From NCBI GenBank assembly GCA_965207075.1, contig CBDBLO010000002.1, forward strand, positions 96,001-160,000: 64,000 bases of DNA. The letters are read 5' to 3'. Both the position numbers and the translations under genes were made by a program. The stretch comes from Nitrosopumilus sp. (GTDB taxonomy: Archaea > Thermoproteota > Nitrososphaeria > Nitrososphaerales > Nitrosopumilaceae). Positions 28,921-38,721 of the stretch are shown in pieces. Positions within the stretch are counted from its first letter, which is position 1, and each line of letters begins with the position of its first letter. Under the pieces are notes generated by a model. That model made no database searches. It was not told the origin of the DNA and saw nothing but the letters and a program-made list of their open reading frames with translations.

Positions 28921-29430
28921 CTACGCGCAGTACCGCCCTATGCACCCCAGGATCTCCGCGCGGTCGGAGTTGCCCGTCATGTCGACTATGGATATGTCGC
29001 TACGAAAGTGTCCGATCTGATCAGGGCTGGCAGTAATATACGGCTCGGGGCTGCGCGAGCGCGATATCCGGTTTGCTGCGCTGCTGCCGTAGCCGCTGTC
29101 ATGGTCAACGCCGTACCTGTGAAGCATGAGCAGGGAGTGCCCCGCGCGGTGTCCCGCCCCGTCTGCTCCGCATACTATCACCGTGCGCACGCGAGGGTTG
29201 CCGTGCAGGTATCCCAGCATGGCGTCAATGCCCCTGTTCTCTGACAGGAGGCGGCCCACTATGTTGACTCGGCCGAGTACGCCGGGATCGGAGGCCAGAT
29301 CGTCAAGCAGAGTAATGTCAGACAGGGTGCAGACGGCAACCGCGGACTGTGGGTTTCCGCGATACGACTCTGGCCGTATGGGTAGTACGATCTTGCACAG
29401 TTCTCCCAGCGCATCGCCTATCGCGTCCAT
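28921..29430 (-). CDS. MtrA-like domain protein
   Basis: GNPQSAVAVCTLS, VGRLLSENRGI, NPRVRTVIVCG, GHRAGHSL, SPEPYI. Probable ATG start at 29430. Confidence 0.8.
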   Translation of the reverse strand: MDAIGDALGELCKIVLPIRPESYRGNPQSAVAVCTLSDITLLDDLASDPGVLGRVNIVGRLLSENRGIDAMLGYLHGNPRVRTVIVCGADGAGHRAGHSLLMLHRYGVDHDSGYGSSAANRISRSRSPEPYITASPDQIGHFRSDISIVDMTGNSDRAEILGCIGRYCA

Positions 29431-31893
29431 TACGGCGTACTGCAAACATGGGGGCGTATAAATCGCGTATCCGACATGTCGGGAATTGTCAGTTCGCTTG
29501 ACTAATCCCCCAGGGGAGGGCAACCGTCCAACCCTCCGCGCCTCCCCCCTCACTCTCCGCCGCCGCCCCCCCCCCCTCTTCTTATCCACCCCGCGCCCAT
29601 TGAGAGCGGGTGCAGATTAGGGCACGGGCCAGTCCAGAACGCGCGGGCGGACGCTGGAGGACGCGTTGGCGCTCTTTCTGGTCTTCCCTCCCGGCCGCCA
29701 CGCCGATTACCGACAGGACTGATCGTAGATGCCGGGCGTCCTGGCCACATCGGCTGTGCCGGCCGCGTGCAGCGCCTGCCGCCTGTCAAGCAGCTTTGAC
29801 AGTCCCGGCAGTACTTCCATGTACTGTACGCGCCGGGGACAAATCCGGCGGAAGGACAGCGAGGGTCATTCACAGGGGCGAGCGGGAACCGCCCGTATGA
29901 TGGTGTGGAAGAGGTGCAGGAATCCAATGCTGCAGGTGGAAGAGATTCCGGTTGTGGAAATATTCTATTATTTGGCTCGCTGACTACGAAGCCGCGTCAA
30001 GGCGCTTTATCATGCATTCAACAGTCACTTTAGCACAGCATCGTCACTTATGCTGCGTTCTAACCCGTCTGTACAAGACGCTATCATTTCTTTGATATTG
30101 TCATAGTCAGGGTAACCTTTGCCCGCCCCCGATATTGGATCTATCTTACCTATCTTTGACAGGGTGTCGCGTATCTCCTTGACTAGTGCAGAAGGTATGA
30201 TGTCGTCCGCATCATTTACCACATCGTTGACGCGGGTTCTATTAATGTTCACAGTCCTGTATGCATCTGCGATATCAGACTGGATGGAGTTGTACGTGCC
30301 AGGACTCTTGAGACGCCTGTCCATCAGGCCGATGCCCAGGAGTATTACTCCAAGTTGGTTCTTTAGCTCCTGCTTGACGAATATGGCCCTCCTCTTCGGG
30401 GATTCGGCGTCTTGTTTGAGTACGGTTAGCGCAGTACGCATTCTGTTGCGATACAGGAACGTGAACAACAGTACGGCCAACCCTGTAGCAAGCAGAATCA
30501 GGTAAAGGCTGTCCGCACCCAGAGTGTATCCGATGTAACCGCTTACAAACGGGCCCACCACCAACCCTATTCCGTACAGTCCCTCATACGCCCCTATCAT
30601 TCTTCCAGCGGCGAGCTTTTTGGAGCCGGCCAGTAGCATGTCGAAAATCACCGGATATATGGAAACAAGTCCAAATCCCAGCAACAACATAGCAACAACA
30701 AACTCTGCAAAGGTGGTGGCCACCATGGATACGGCCATAGCTGCGATCACGCACGACGTAGACAGCAGAAGTATTTTCCTTCTGTGTACGACCAACCTCT
30801 TTGCCAGAAACGATCCTAAAACTTTGGTGATTCCAAAGATGGCGTATAGCTGCATTACGGCGGCGGCGTCGAATCCATGCTCCTGTATAAATACCGGATA
30901 CAGTGACAAAACCAAGCCGAATGTGACGGTGCTGTATAGCAGTACTGTAACCTGCACTGGAAATTTCAGTACCTCCTTGAACAGACGAGGATCTATCTGG
31001 ACCCCCTTTGACTTGTGATGCGGGTAATTTAGTACGAACAGGATAACTCCGACACTTGTTATGCATGCCGTGATCAGAAGAAGCGTACGGTCATCCACCC
31101 CGAACGTCCCCAGTATGAGTGATCCGACCAGCGGTCCTATCATAAAGCCTATCACGCGGCACATCATGAGCTTCGTCGTGAGCTTTACCCTAGTGTCGGG
31201 GTTTTGGGAGACGGCGTGTATCGCCGGTGGCCATATCAGAGAGTATGAAAGGCCCAATAGGAGGCAGTACAGCGTGAGCTCCGTTATGGTAGTCGAGGTG
31301 GATATCAGGTACAACGATACAGCAGACGCTGCAAAGCCGGCCGCAAGCAGGTATTTGTCGTTTATGCGACCCAGCACGATCCCTAGCGCCAGCGGCACCA
31401 GAACATATGGTAGGCAAGTCACCGTTACTATCACTCCGATATCAATGTAGGTCGCACCTAACTCGTTGGCGGCAAAGATTGGTATTATTGGAGCGCGCAT
31501 ACCCCAAACGAAGCCGACCAGTAGTGATGCAGATAGCAACAGATGCGTAGTCCGGTGCACGTAACGTATGGCAAGCACTTGAATATATTTTCGATGTGTG
31601 AACCACAGGCCATTGAGCAGGCTCCGCGCAAGGCCTTCAGCAGCACGTATGGTACGTCGAGGTTCCGCTTCACGCCAGCGCGCAGTAACAGCCATCATGC
31701 GGCAAGTATATACGCAACCAAGGAGACGAAATAGCACTAGGCTGTCCAGATTCAATGGTGGACATGTCACAGGAGTCGACACGCTGCCCTTTGATCTGCG
31801 CAGACCGCCAGTGTATGGAAATGTAGATTCCAATAAATGGCTAATCCGTCGGGGGTGCTGTATTGCCGGATGAGGCAGGCGCACTCGAGGGAA
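29412..31893. repeat. tandem duplication unit 1 (5' end of mtrA-like gene, intergenic DNA, MFS gene, upstream region)
   Basis: Colinear similarity with 32486-35565, including non-coding DNA. Confidence 0.85.
30025..31560 (-). CDS. MFS transporter with C-terminal HisKA/DHp-like helical domain (copy 1)
   Basis: About 12 TM helices, PIFAANELGA, G.VVGPFVSG, tail KQELKNQLGVI. Probable GTG start at 31560 with AATATATT box 22-29 nt upstream. Confidence 0.85.
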   Translation of the reverse strand: MHRTTHLLLSASLLVGFVWGMRAPIIPIFAANELGATYIDIGVIVTVTCLPYVLVPLALGIVLGRINDKYLLAAGFAASAVSLYLISTSTTITELTLYCLLLGLSYSLIWPPAIHAVSQNPDTRVKLTTKLMMCRVIGFMIGPLVGSLILGTFGVDDRTLLLITACITSVGVILFVLNYPHHKSKGVQIDPRLFKEVLKFPVQVTVLLYSTVTFGLVLSLYPVFIQEHGFDAAAVMQLYAIFGITKVLGSFLAKRLVVHRRKILLLSTSCVIAAMAVSMVATTFAEFVVAMLLLGFGLVSIYPVIFDMLLAGSKKLAAGRMIGAYEGLYGIGLVVGPFVSGYIGYTLGADSLYLILLATGLAVLLFTFLYRNRMRTALTVLKQDAESPKRRAIFVKQELKNQLGVILLGIGLMDRRLKSPGTYNSIQSDIADAYRTVNINRTRVNDVVNDADDIIPSALVKEIRDTLSKIGKIDPISGAGKGYPDYDNIKEMIASCTDGLERSISDDAVLK

Positions 31894-32394
31894 TTTATCA
31901 TTCCAGAGTCAATCGTCACCCCGTTACTGAAGGCATCCGTCAGATAGGCCGTGTACTCCAGCCTAAGTGTCTCCTTGCCCGTGTTTTGTACGACTCCTTT
32001 CACGTGCGCGTAACTGGACGTCGCCTCGCAGGACGTCACCGCAAAGTTAACGCCGCAGTCAACTAGACACTTCGGTATTCCGTAAAAACTCGATCTCGTG
32101 CTCAAGCACCTCGTTCATCTCCTCAAGTTTCTTGTTGTCTGCCTTGAGGCGCTCGACGCGTTCATACAGTGCCGAGATCGTCTCTGCTGATTCCTGATTC
32201 TGCGCCTGCATTGTTGAAAGTGTTATGATTCCTTGTTCGACCAAGTACTGGATGGCGTCGACAAACGCACCGTCGTCTATCAGACCTTGTGACCAAAAGC
32301 CCGCTGTGTCCTTCACCCACGACGGTACGCCTCCCGATGGCGTCTCTTCTGCATGCGCCAGGGAGCCGAGATCCGCGGACAAGTAACGGCGCAT
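31890..32394 (-). pseudogene. fragment of a secreted protein with the thaumarchaeal VPxWVKxxAGFW domain, a coiled coil and a frameshifted Ig-like part
   Basis: VPSWVKDTAGFWSQGLIDDGAFVDAIQYLVEQGII in one frame; VKGVVQNTG..L continues in another frame. No signal peptide. Cut at the duplication boundary. Confidence 0.6.
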
Positions 32395-32433
32395 AACTCG
32401 TAGTCAGCAACCCAATTTGAAACAGATTACGAA

Positions 32434-32485
32434 CAGGTCACCTATTTGACAGTCCCGCTCAGGTCACCAAGACTGGACAGAGTCC
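32434..32485. repeat. second copy of the 26-bp tandem motif, at the left junction of duplication unit 2
   Basis: caggtcacctatttgacagtcccgctcaggtcaccaagactggacagagtcc matches 10715-10766. Confidence 0.75.
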
Positions 32486-32761
32486 ATCGCCTATCGCGTT
32501 CATTATGGTGTACTGCAGCACGGGGACGTATAAATCGCGTATCCGACAACCATGGATTGTCAGTTGCTTGACTATAAACCCCCCCGGAAAGGGCAACCGC
32601 CCGCTCTCCTCCCTCTTTTATCCACCCCGCGCCCACGGAGAGCGCGGAATAGGTGCAGGAATCCACCAACGCAGCTGCAGGGGGAAGGGATCCCGGCTGT
32701 GATAATGTTCTGTTATCTGGCTCGTTGACTACGCAGCCACGTCAAGGGGCTTGTCACGCGT

Positions 32762-34303
32762 TCAATAGTCCTTTAGTACAGCATCATCGGTTATGTTGCG
32801 ATCTAACCTGTCTGAGCAGTACGTCACCATCTTTTTGATATTGTCATAGTCAGGATAACCTTTGCCCACTCCCGACATTGGATCGATCTCGCCTATCTTG
32901 GACAGGGTGTCGCGTATCTCCTGAATCAGCTCGGAATGCATGATGTCGTTTGACTCGCTTATCATCTCGTTGGCGCGGGTTGTAGTCAGGTTCATGGTCT
33001 TGGATGCGTCTGCGATGGAAGATTGGACGGAATCGTACGTGCCAGTCTTTTTGAGACACATGTTTATCAGGCCGATACTCATGAGTATTACTCCAAGTTG
33101 GTTCTTGAGCTCCTGCTTGACGAATATGGCCCTGCTCTTCCGGGATTCGGCGTCGTATTTGATCAAGGCTATTGTAGTACGCATTCGGTTGCGATACAGG
33201 AACGTCAACAGCAATACGGCTGCTCCTGTAGCAATCAGAATCAAGTAAAGGCTGTCCGAACCCAGGGTGTACCCGATGTAACCGCTTACAAACGGGCCCA
33301 CCACCAGCCCTATTCCGTACAGCCCCTCGTACGTCCCTATCATTCTCCCAGCGGTGAACTTTTTGGAACCGGCCAGTAGCATGTCGAGAGTCACCGGATA
33401 TATGGAAATGAATCCAAATCCCAGCAACAGCATAGCAACGACAAACTCTGCAAAGGTGGTGGCCATCATTGATACGGCCATGGCTATGATCACGCACGAC
33501 GTGGACAGCAGAAGTGTCTCCCTTCTGTGTTCGGCCAGCTTCTTTGCCAGAAACGATCCTAAAATCCTGGTGATCCCAAAGACGGCATACAGCTGCATTA
33601 CGGCGGCGGCGTCGAATCCATGCTCCTGTATAAATACCGGATACAGTGACAAAACCAAGCCGAATGCGATGGTGCTGTATATCAGTACTGTAACCTGTAC
33701 TGGAAATTTCAGTACCTCCTTGAACAGGCGAAGATCTAGCTGGACTCCCTTTGACTTGTGATGCGGGTAATTTAGTACGATCAAGACAATTCCGGTACTT
33801 GTTATGATTGCTGTAATCAGAAGGAGCGTACGGTCATCCACTCCGAACGCTCCTAGTATGAACGATCCGACCAGCGGTCCTATCATAAAGCCTATCACGC
33901 GGCACATCGTGAGCATCGCCGTGAGCCTTACCCTCGTCTCGGGGTTTTGGGAGATGGCGTGTATCGCCGGTGGCCATATCAGGGAGTATGCAAAGCCCAA
34001 TAGGAGGCAGTACAGTGTGAGCTCCGTTATGGTGGTCGAGGTGGATATCAGGTACATCGCCAGGGCAGACGTTGCAAAGCCCGCCGTAAGCAGGTATTTG
34101 TCGTTTATGCGACCCAGCACGATCCCTAGCGCCAGCGGTACCAGAATATACGGCAGACAAGTCACAGTTACTATCATTCCGATATCACTGTAGGTCGCAC
34201 CCAACTCGTTGGCGGCAAAGATTGGCACTATTGGGGCGCGTATACCCCAAACGAAGCCGACCAGTAGTGATGCAGATAGCAACAGATACGTAGTCCGGCG
34301 CAC
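32762..34303 (-). CDS. MFS transporter with C-terminal HisKA/DHp-like helical domain (copy 2)
   Basis: Paralog of 30025-31560 with the same KQELKNQLGVI motif. Probable GTG start at 34303. Confidence 0.85.
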   Translation of the reverse strand: MRRTTYLLLSASLLVGFVWGIRAPIVPIFAANELGATYSDIGMIVTVTCLPYILVPLALGIVLGRINDKYLLTAGFATSALAMYLISTSTTITELTLYCLLLGFAYSLIWPPAIHAISQNPETRVRLTAMLTMCRVIGFMIGPLVGSFILGAFGVDDRTLLLITAIITSTGIVLIVLNYPHHKSKGVQLDLRLFKEVLKFPVQVTVLIYSTIAFGLVLSLYPVFIQEHGFDAAAVMQLYAVFGITRILGSFLAKKLAEHRRETLLLSTSCVIIAMAVSMMATTFAEFVVAMLLLGFGFISIYPVTLDMLLAGSKKFTAGRMIGTYEGLYGIGLVVGPFVSGYIGYTLGSDSLYLILIATGAAVLLLTFLYRNRMRTTIALIKYDAESRKSRAIFVKQELKNQLGVILMSIGLINMCLKKTGTYDSVQSSIADASKTMNLTTTRANEMISESNDIMHSELIQEIRDTLSKIGEIDPMSGVGKGYPDYDNIKKMVTYCSDRLDRNITDDAVLKDY

Positions 34304-34434
34304 GTAACGTGTGGCAAACGTCTTGAATATATTTTCGATGGGCGTGGCCCACAGGTTATTGATTCGATTCCGCCCAAGTCCTTCAACAGCATGTCTGACA
34401 CGCCGAGGTTCCGCTTCCTCCACGTCAGCACGCA

Positions 34435-35356
34435 CCTATGCTGACGCGGTTGCGGCGTTATGCCGTCGCGCCACAACGGCGCGTCGACCTACCGCGGGAG
34501 CGGCATAATGAAGGGGGGCTCCAAGTGGATACGCAGCGCCACAGTCGAGGCTGTCGCCACCACGATGCGGCGCGACGCGAGGATGGCAAAGGCATGCGCG
34601 AAAACAAGAAGCGGGGCGGGGCGAGCAAGACAAGGTTGCCGTGGCGCGCCACACGCTTGAGATAATATGGTACATGCCGACCAAGAACGAACCGTGCCGG
34701 ATCCAGCGTGCAGAAACCCGTACGTCGTCCCGTCGGCCCCGGGGTTAGGGGCCCCGTCCGACAATCCCGCGCACCCCCGTCGCGCGCCGCGCGGGAGGCG
34801 ATCGTTGCCCGCGCGCGAGCGGGACGTCGGTGGCCTGCCTCGTGTCCGCGATGCGGCCCGCCTCCAACCTGCCGCTGCTGCATCCCCGGCACGTCTTGGA
34901 GGCGTGGTGTATGGTCGGCGATGACTTGCGGCCGTGCGAGACGCCCCTGTGCCCCGGCCTCCGTCTGGGCCTCTTGTAGTCTGTCGGATCCTTCCTTGAG
35001 GCCCTCTTCCGTTTCGGGAAGTTCGTCGACGGCCGGCTGTGCGGGTTCTCGTAGTATGCGGAGCGCCCCGCCTCCCTTGTCCAGCTGCCCCCGCCTCCCT
35101 TGTCCAGCTGCCCCCGCCTCCCTTGTCCAGCTGCCCCCGCCTCCCTTGTCCAGCTGCCCCCTCCCCCCCCCCACCAGCTGCTCAATCTGGATACTGCCGC
35201 TCCAAGGCCTCGTCCCTCCCTTGACCTACGCTATGACCCGCGCAAGCCCGCCTCGCAACAGCTTGACCTTGAGGGGTTTGACACTGCATTCGCGTATGCC
35301 AAGTACCGCATAGAACTGATGATCTGGAAAGTTTGGCCTTGCGTTCAACCTAACCA
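34435..35356 (-). mobile_element. decayed IS66-like transposase remnant
   Basis: YYENPHSRPS..KRP..RPGHRGVS..TIHH...CRGC resembles the IS66 TnpC N-terminus. Absent from the paralogous site in unit 1. Frameshifted. Confidence 0.6.
35065..35156. repeat. 4 x 23-bp tandem repeat CCCCCGCCTCCCTTGTCCAGCTG
   Basis: Three exact copies at 35088-35156 plus one near-exact copy; no spacers. Confidence 0.92.
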
Positions 35357-35632
35357 GTAACGGCCGCCACGCGGCAAAGCATATACATAACCAAGGGGGC
35401 GAAATAGCATCAAGTTGTCCAAATTCAATGGCGGGTATGTCACAGGGGGCGATACGTTGTCCTTTAATCTGCGCAGACCGTCAGCATATGAAAACGCAGA
35501 TCCCAATAAATGGCTGATCCGTCGGGGTGCTGTATTGCTGTATGAGGCAGGCGCGCCCGAGGGAAACGGGAAAGATAAAATGAAGAATAGTGGCGGGTTT
35601 CACTTTTCCACAAGAACGGGGGATCTGTAACA

Positions 35633-36013
35633 ATGAAGGTACTGGCAGTTGACGATAACCAAGATATACTAAATCTGATAAGTCTCATCGTAGAGTCGAT
35701 GGGGCACAATCTCGAGCTTGCACACGACGGCCAGGAGGGACTCGAGCTTATACGCAGCAAAGAATATGACTTGGTTTTTCTGGACATGTCAATGCCCAAC
35801 CTCACAGGCCTTGAGGTCATAGACGCGCTTGTACAAGACGGCATCATAAAGAAGCAGCGCGTAACTCTCTTCACCGCTTCATATCTGGGCGTAGAGGACA
35901 TAGAAGCCGATCTACGCAAGAAGGGCGTTTATTCCATACTGGCAAAGCCGGCAGACATAGATCAGATAACAGACCTGCTGGAGAAGGTTGCGTCTGAAGT
36001 CACATCCGCTTGA
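35633..36013 (+). CDS. stand-alone response regulator receiver domain protein
   Basis: VLAVDD, LVFLDMSMP, FTAS, AKP: acidic pocket, phospho-Asp, Thr and Lys all present. Confidence 0.95.
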   Translation: MKVLAVDDNQDILNLISLIVESMGHNLELAHDGQEGLELIRSKEYDLVFLDMSMPNLTGLEVIDALVQDGIIKKQRVTLFTASYLGVEDIEADLRKKGVYSILAKPADIDQITDLLEKVASEVTSA

Positions 36014-36416
36014 GCAAAAATCGATGACAGGGCAGGGAGGCGGAAGCTAGGATGGGCCGGAGGCATTCGGCCACGCCGTCGGCAATTTCTACGGGCTCCA
36101 AAGCGGCACGGAGCCGCACACGGGAAAGGCGGCAAGGCCCCGGCAGAGGCCGCGGGCGTGCGCATAGACGGAATTGGCAAACGGGCGGCGCTCCTGGCGT
36201 CTGCGTTCATGCGTTGATCTGCATGGGCAGGGGTGAGCGGATGCAGCGCGCACAGGCACGCTGCACAGGTACGTCGTGACATCCCAATCCGCATTGCGGC
36301 AAGTCGCGCGCGGCCGGCCGGGTCCCAGTCTCTGCCATAACTCGCCGCGCGCCGCTTTTGCAACGGCACGGGGTGTTCAAAATCTAAATATACTACAAGG
36401 CAAAATATGGGCATAA

Positions 36417-37928
36417 ATGGAATCCACGACGGCCGAGCAGACGCACGTCGACAAGCCCAAGCTCAAGAAGATGGTACACGAAATGCGCCGGTTGATAAAC
36501 ATGGACGGAATCATCATAGACTGCAACGAAGCGTATGCCGAGAAGCTCGGCTACACCATAGACGAGGTAATCGGGATGAGCATGGATGAGCATACGCCTC
36601 CCGACCACAGGGCCGACATGCGCAGGGAATTCGACGAGTGGAAGGAGACGAAGAAGTCAAAAACCCTCAAGACTTGGATCATATCCAAGGACGGAAAGGG
36701 AATTGAGACGATCTCATCCATAAGCACCAGCATCGACAGCAGGGGCAGGGTAGCGGGCATGTCCGATGTCATGATGGATTTTGTCGAGCTAAAGACGTTC
36801 CAAAAGTACGTGATGATCAGAAAGTTTGAGAGCCTGTACGAGAAATCTCCGGATCTGTACAGGACAGTGAACTACAACGGCACAATCGTAGACTGCAACA
36901 GAACCTACCTGAAAGACCTGGGATACGACAGCAAGGACGAGGTGCTGGGCAGCAACCTGCTCGAGCATACGGCAGACAGGAGCGTCGATACCCTGCGCAT
37001 ACACATGGCAACCTGGAGAAAGACAGGCAGGGAGAAAGACTCGGAAATATGGATGAAGCGCAAGGACGGGACAGAGTTTCCGGCCCTCCTGACGCCAACC
37101 AACATCTACGACGACGACGGCTTCATGATCGGAAGAAACGTGGTCATAAAGGACACGTCAAAGCTGCACGAGACCAAGAAGATGCTCAGCGAGAAGGAGA
37201 AGATCGACAAGATGAAGGAAGAGTTCCTGTCGATGGTTACACACGAACTAAAATCGCCACTCACTCCGATTATTGGATTCGCGCAGGCATTGGCCAGGCC
37301 GAAACTGCTGGGGGAGATGAATGAGAAGCAGATGGAGGCACTGAACACCATCCTGTCGAACGCCACCACGCTCAAGAAGCTGATAGGGGACCTGCTCGAC
37401 GCGCACAAGCTGGAGCTGGGAAAGATGAAGTTCGCCCTCAAGGAGATGTCGGTAAACGACCTGATGGCCGTCATAGAAAAGTCCTTCCAGCTCACGGCGC
37501 AGGAAAAGGGAGTCACGATACAGTGTACGGTAGCAGGCAAAGAAGAGATCAAAATGGTCAGCGATATTGACAGGGTCAAGCAGGTGATCACGAACCTGGT
37601 ATACAATGCGATTGACTTTGTGCCAAAGGATACCGGCAGAATTACGATAACCGCGGAACGAAAGGACCCTGACGTTGTCTTCTCAGTGAAGGACAACGGG
37701 ATCGGCATACCGCCGGAGAAGCAGAAACAGCTGTTCGCAAAGTTCTATCAGGCCGACACATCGCACAGCAGGAAGCACGGCGGAACCGGACTTGGCCTGT
37801 CGATCTGCAAGGGGATGGTGGAGAGCCTGGGCGGCAAGATAAACGTGGAGAGCACGGAAGGGGAGGGAAGTAATTTCTACTTTGCCCTGCCCGTGGGGAA
37901 GCGCATTGAGCCGGTCCCCGCGAATTGA
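36417..37928 (+). CDS. soluble PAS-PAS sensor histidine kinase
   Basis: Two PAS repeats (GIIIDCN, GTIVDCN), H-box THELKSPL, N-box NLVYNA, G1 DNGIGI, G2 GGTGLGLSI; no TM helix. Confidence 0.96.
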   Translation: MESTTAEQTHVDKPKLKKMVHEMRRLINMDGIIIDCNEAYAEKLGYTIDEVIGMSMDEHTPPDHRADMRREFDEWKETKKSKTLKTWIISKDGKGIETISSISTSIDSRGRVAGMSDVMMDFVELKTFQKYVMIRKFESLYEKSPDLYRTVNYNGTIVDCNRTYLKDLGYDSKDEVLGSNLLEHTADRSVDTLRIHMATWRKTGREKDSEIWMKRKDGTEFPALLTPTNIYDDDGFMIGRNVVIKDTSKLHETKKMLSEKEKIDKMKEEFLSMVTHELKSPLTPIIGFAQALARPKLLGEMNEKQMEALNTILSNATTLKKLIGDLLDAHKLELGKMKFALKEMSVNDLMAVIEKSFQLTAQEKGVTIQCTVAGKEEIKMVSDIDRVKQVITNLVYNAIDFVPKDTGRITITAERKDPDVVFSVKDNGIGIPPEKQKQLFAKFYQADTSHSRKHGGTGLGLSICKGMVESLGGKINVESTEGEGSNFYFALPVGKRIEPVPAN

Positions 37929-37978
37929 GACTGGCCAGGCGGCAAGAATTCTTATATTTCAAGATCCAGACGCGCCGT

Positions 37979-38539
37979 ATGGAGTCTGGCCACTTGCAGG
38001 AGACTGACGCGGCATACAGGGTGTACCTGTACGTCTTTTACCTGTGCGCGACCGTCATGGCGGCGGGAGCCGCATACGGGGCGTACGCAACGACTATCGA
38101 GTGGCTCGAGAACGGCACCTACGTCATGGGAGAGGTCGTACACAACACCACCATTCCGTTTGAGAACTTTGCAAGGGTCTCCACGTGGCTATTCTTCTCC
38201 GCCGTGGTGGGCTGGTACTGCGTCTCCAGGATAGGGTGGAAGAAGACCGCGGGGGGCAAGATCACCGGGACCAGGATGGCCCTGCTGCAACTCATGCTTG
38301 TCGGGTTTGCCATCATCACGCTGTACGAGGTCCTGTACAACTTTACCGTCCTCAACGCCCAGATAACGGCCGGGGTGGCGGACGGCGCGGTCCCCGACAT
38401 AGACCGCCTGTCAGTGGCCTATCCGGATCCGGACAGGCCCTGGAACCTGGTCTTCGCGACAAAGATATTCCTTGCAGGGTTTATCATAAGCGCGCACGCC
38501 CTGTACCTGAGCACAAAACCAAGAAAGGAGCTCGACTAG
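37979..38539 (+). CDS. hypothetical membrane protein (4 TM helices)
   Basis: Hydrophobic helices, YEVLYNF, PWNLVFATK. Confidence 0.75.
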   Translation: MESGHLQETDAAYRVYLYVFYLCATVMAAGAAYGAYATTIEWLENGTYVMGEVVHNTTIPFENFARVSTWLFFSAVVGWYCVSRIGWKKTAGGKITGTRMALLQLMLVGFAIITLYEVLYNFTVLNAQITAGVADGAVPDIDRLSVAYPDPDRPWNLVFATKIFLAGFIISAHALYLSTKPRKELD

Positions 38540-38721
38540 CGCGCACGGCGGCGCGCCCGCGGGGAAGCTGTTGTTGCGGCTGCGCCACAACCATGGGCGC
38601 CTAACGTGCGCGAAAGATGGGCAGGCTGTCGGCCGTGACGGGCCGCGCCGGGGCCGGCCTGCCGGGCCGGGGGCGATCCCGCGCGTAGCTTTATACGTTT
38701 ACCGCCGTCAGCCAAACTTGG

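Larger units (their letters stand above)
32486..35565. repeat. tandem duplication unit 2, interrupted by an insert at about 34435-35356
   Basis: Homology to unit 1 breaks after ..gcacgca (34434) and resumes at gtaacggcc (35357). Confidence 0.85.

Noticed and set aside
28921-29430. Evidence for methanogenesis
   Set aside because: Only an isolated MtrA-like domain is present, with no other mtr or mcr genes, in a thaumarchaeal-type gene context.
29616-29910. Protein-coding gene or MITE in the unit-1-specific segment
   Set aside because: No convincing ORF or terminal inverted repeats; it may equally be a deletion in unit 2.
31561-31884. N-terminal extension of MFS copy 1 given by the ORF track
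   Set aside because: A TATA-like box sits 22-29 nt above the GTG at 31560, and the paralogous region in copy 2 is interrupted by an insertion, so it is probably non-coding.
35065-35156. 23-bp repeats as a CRISPR array
   Set aside because: The repeats are head-to-tail with no spacers and no cas genes are present; this is a simple VNTR.
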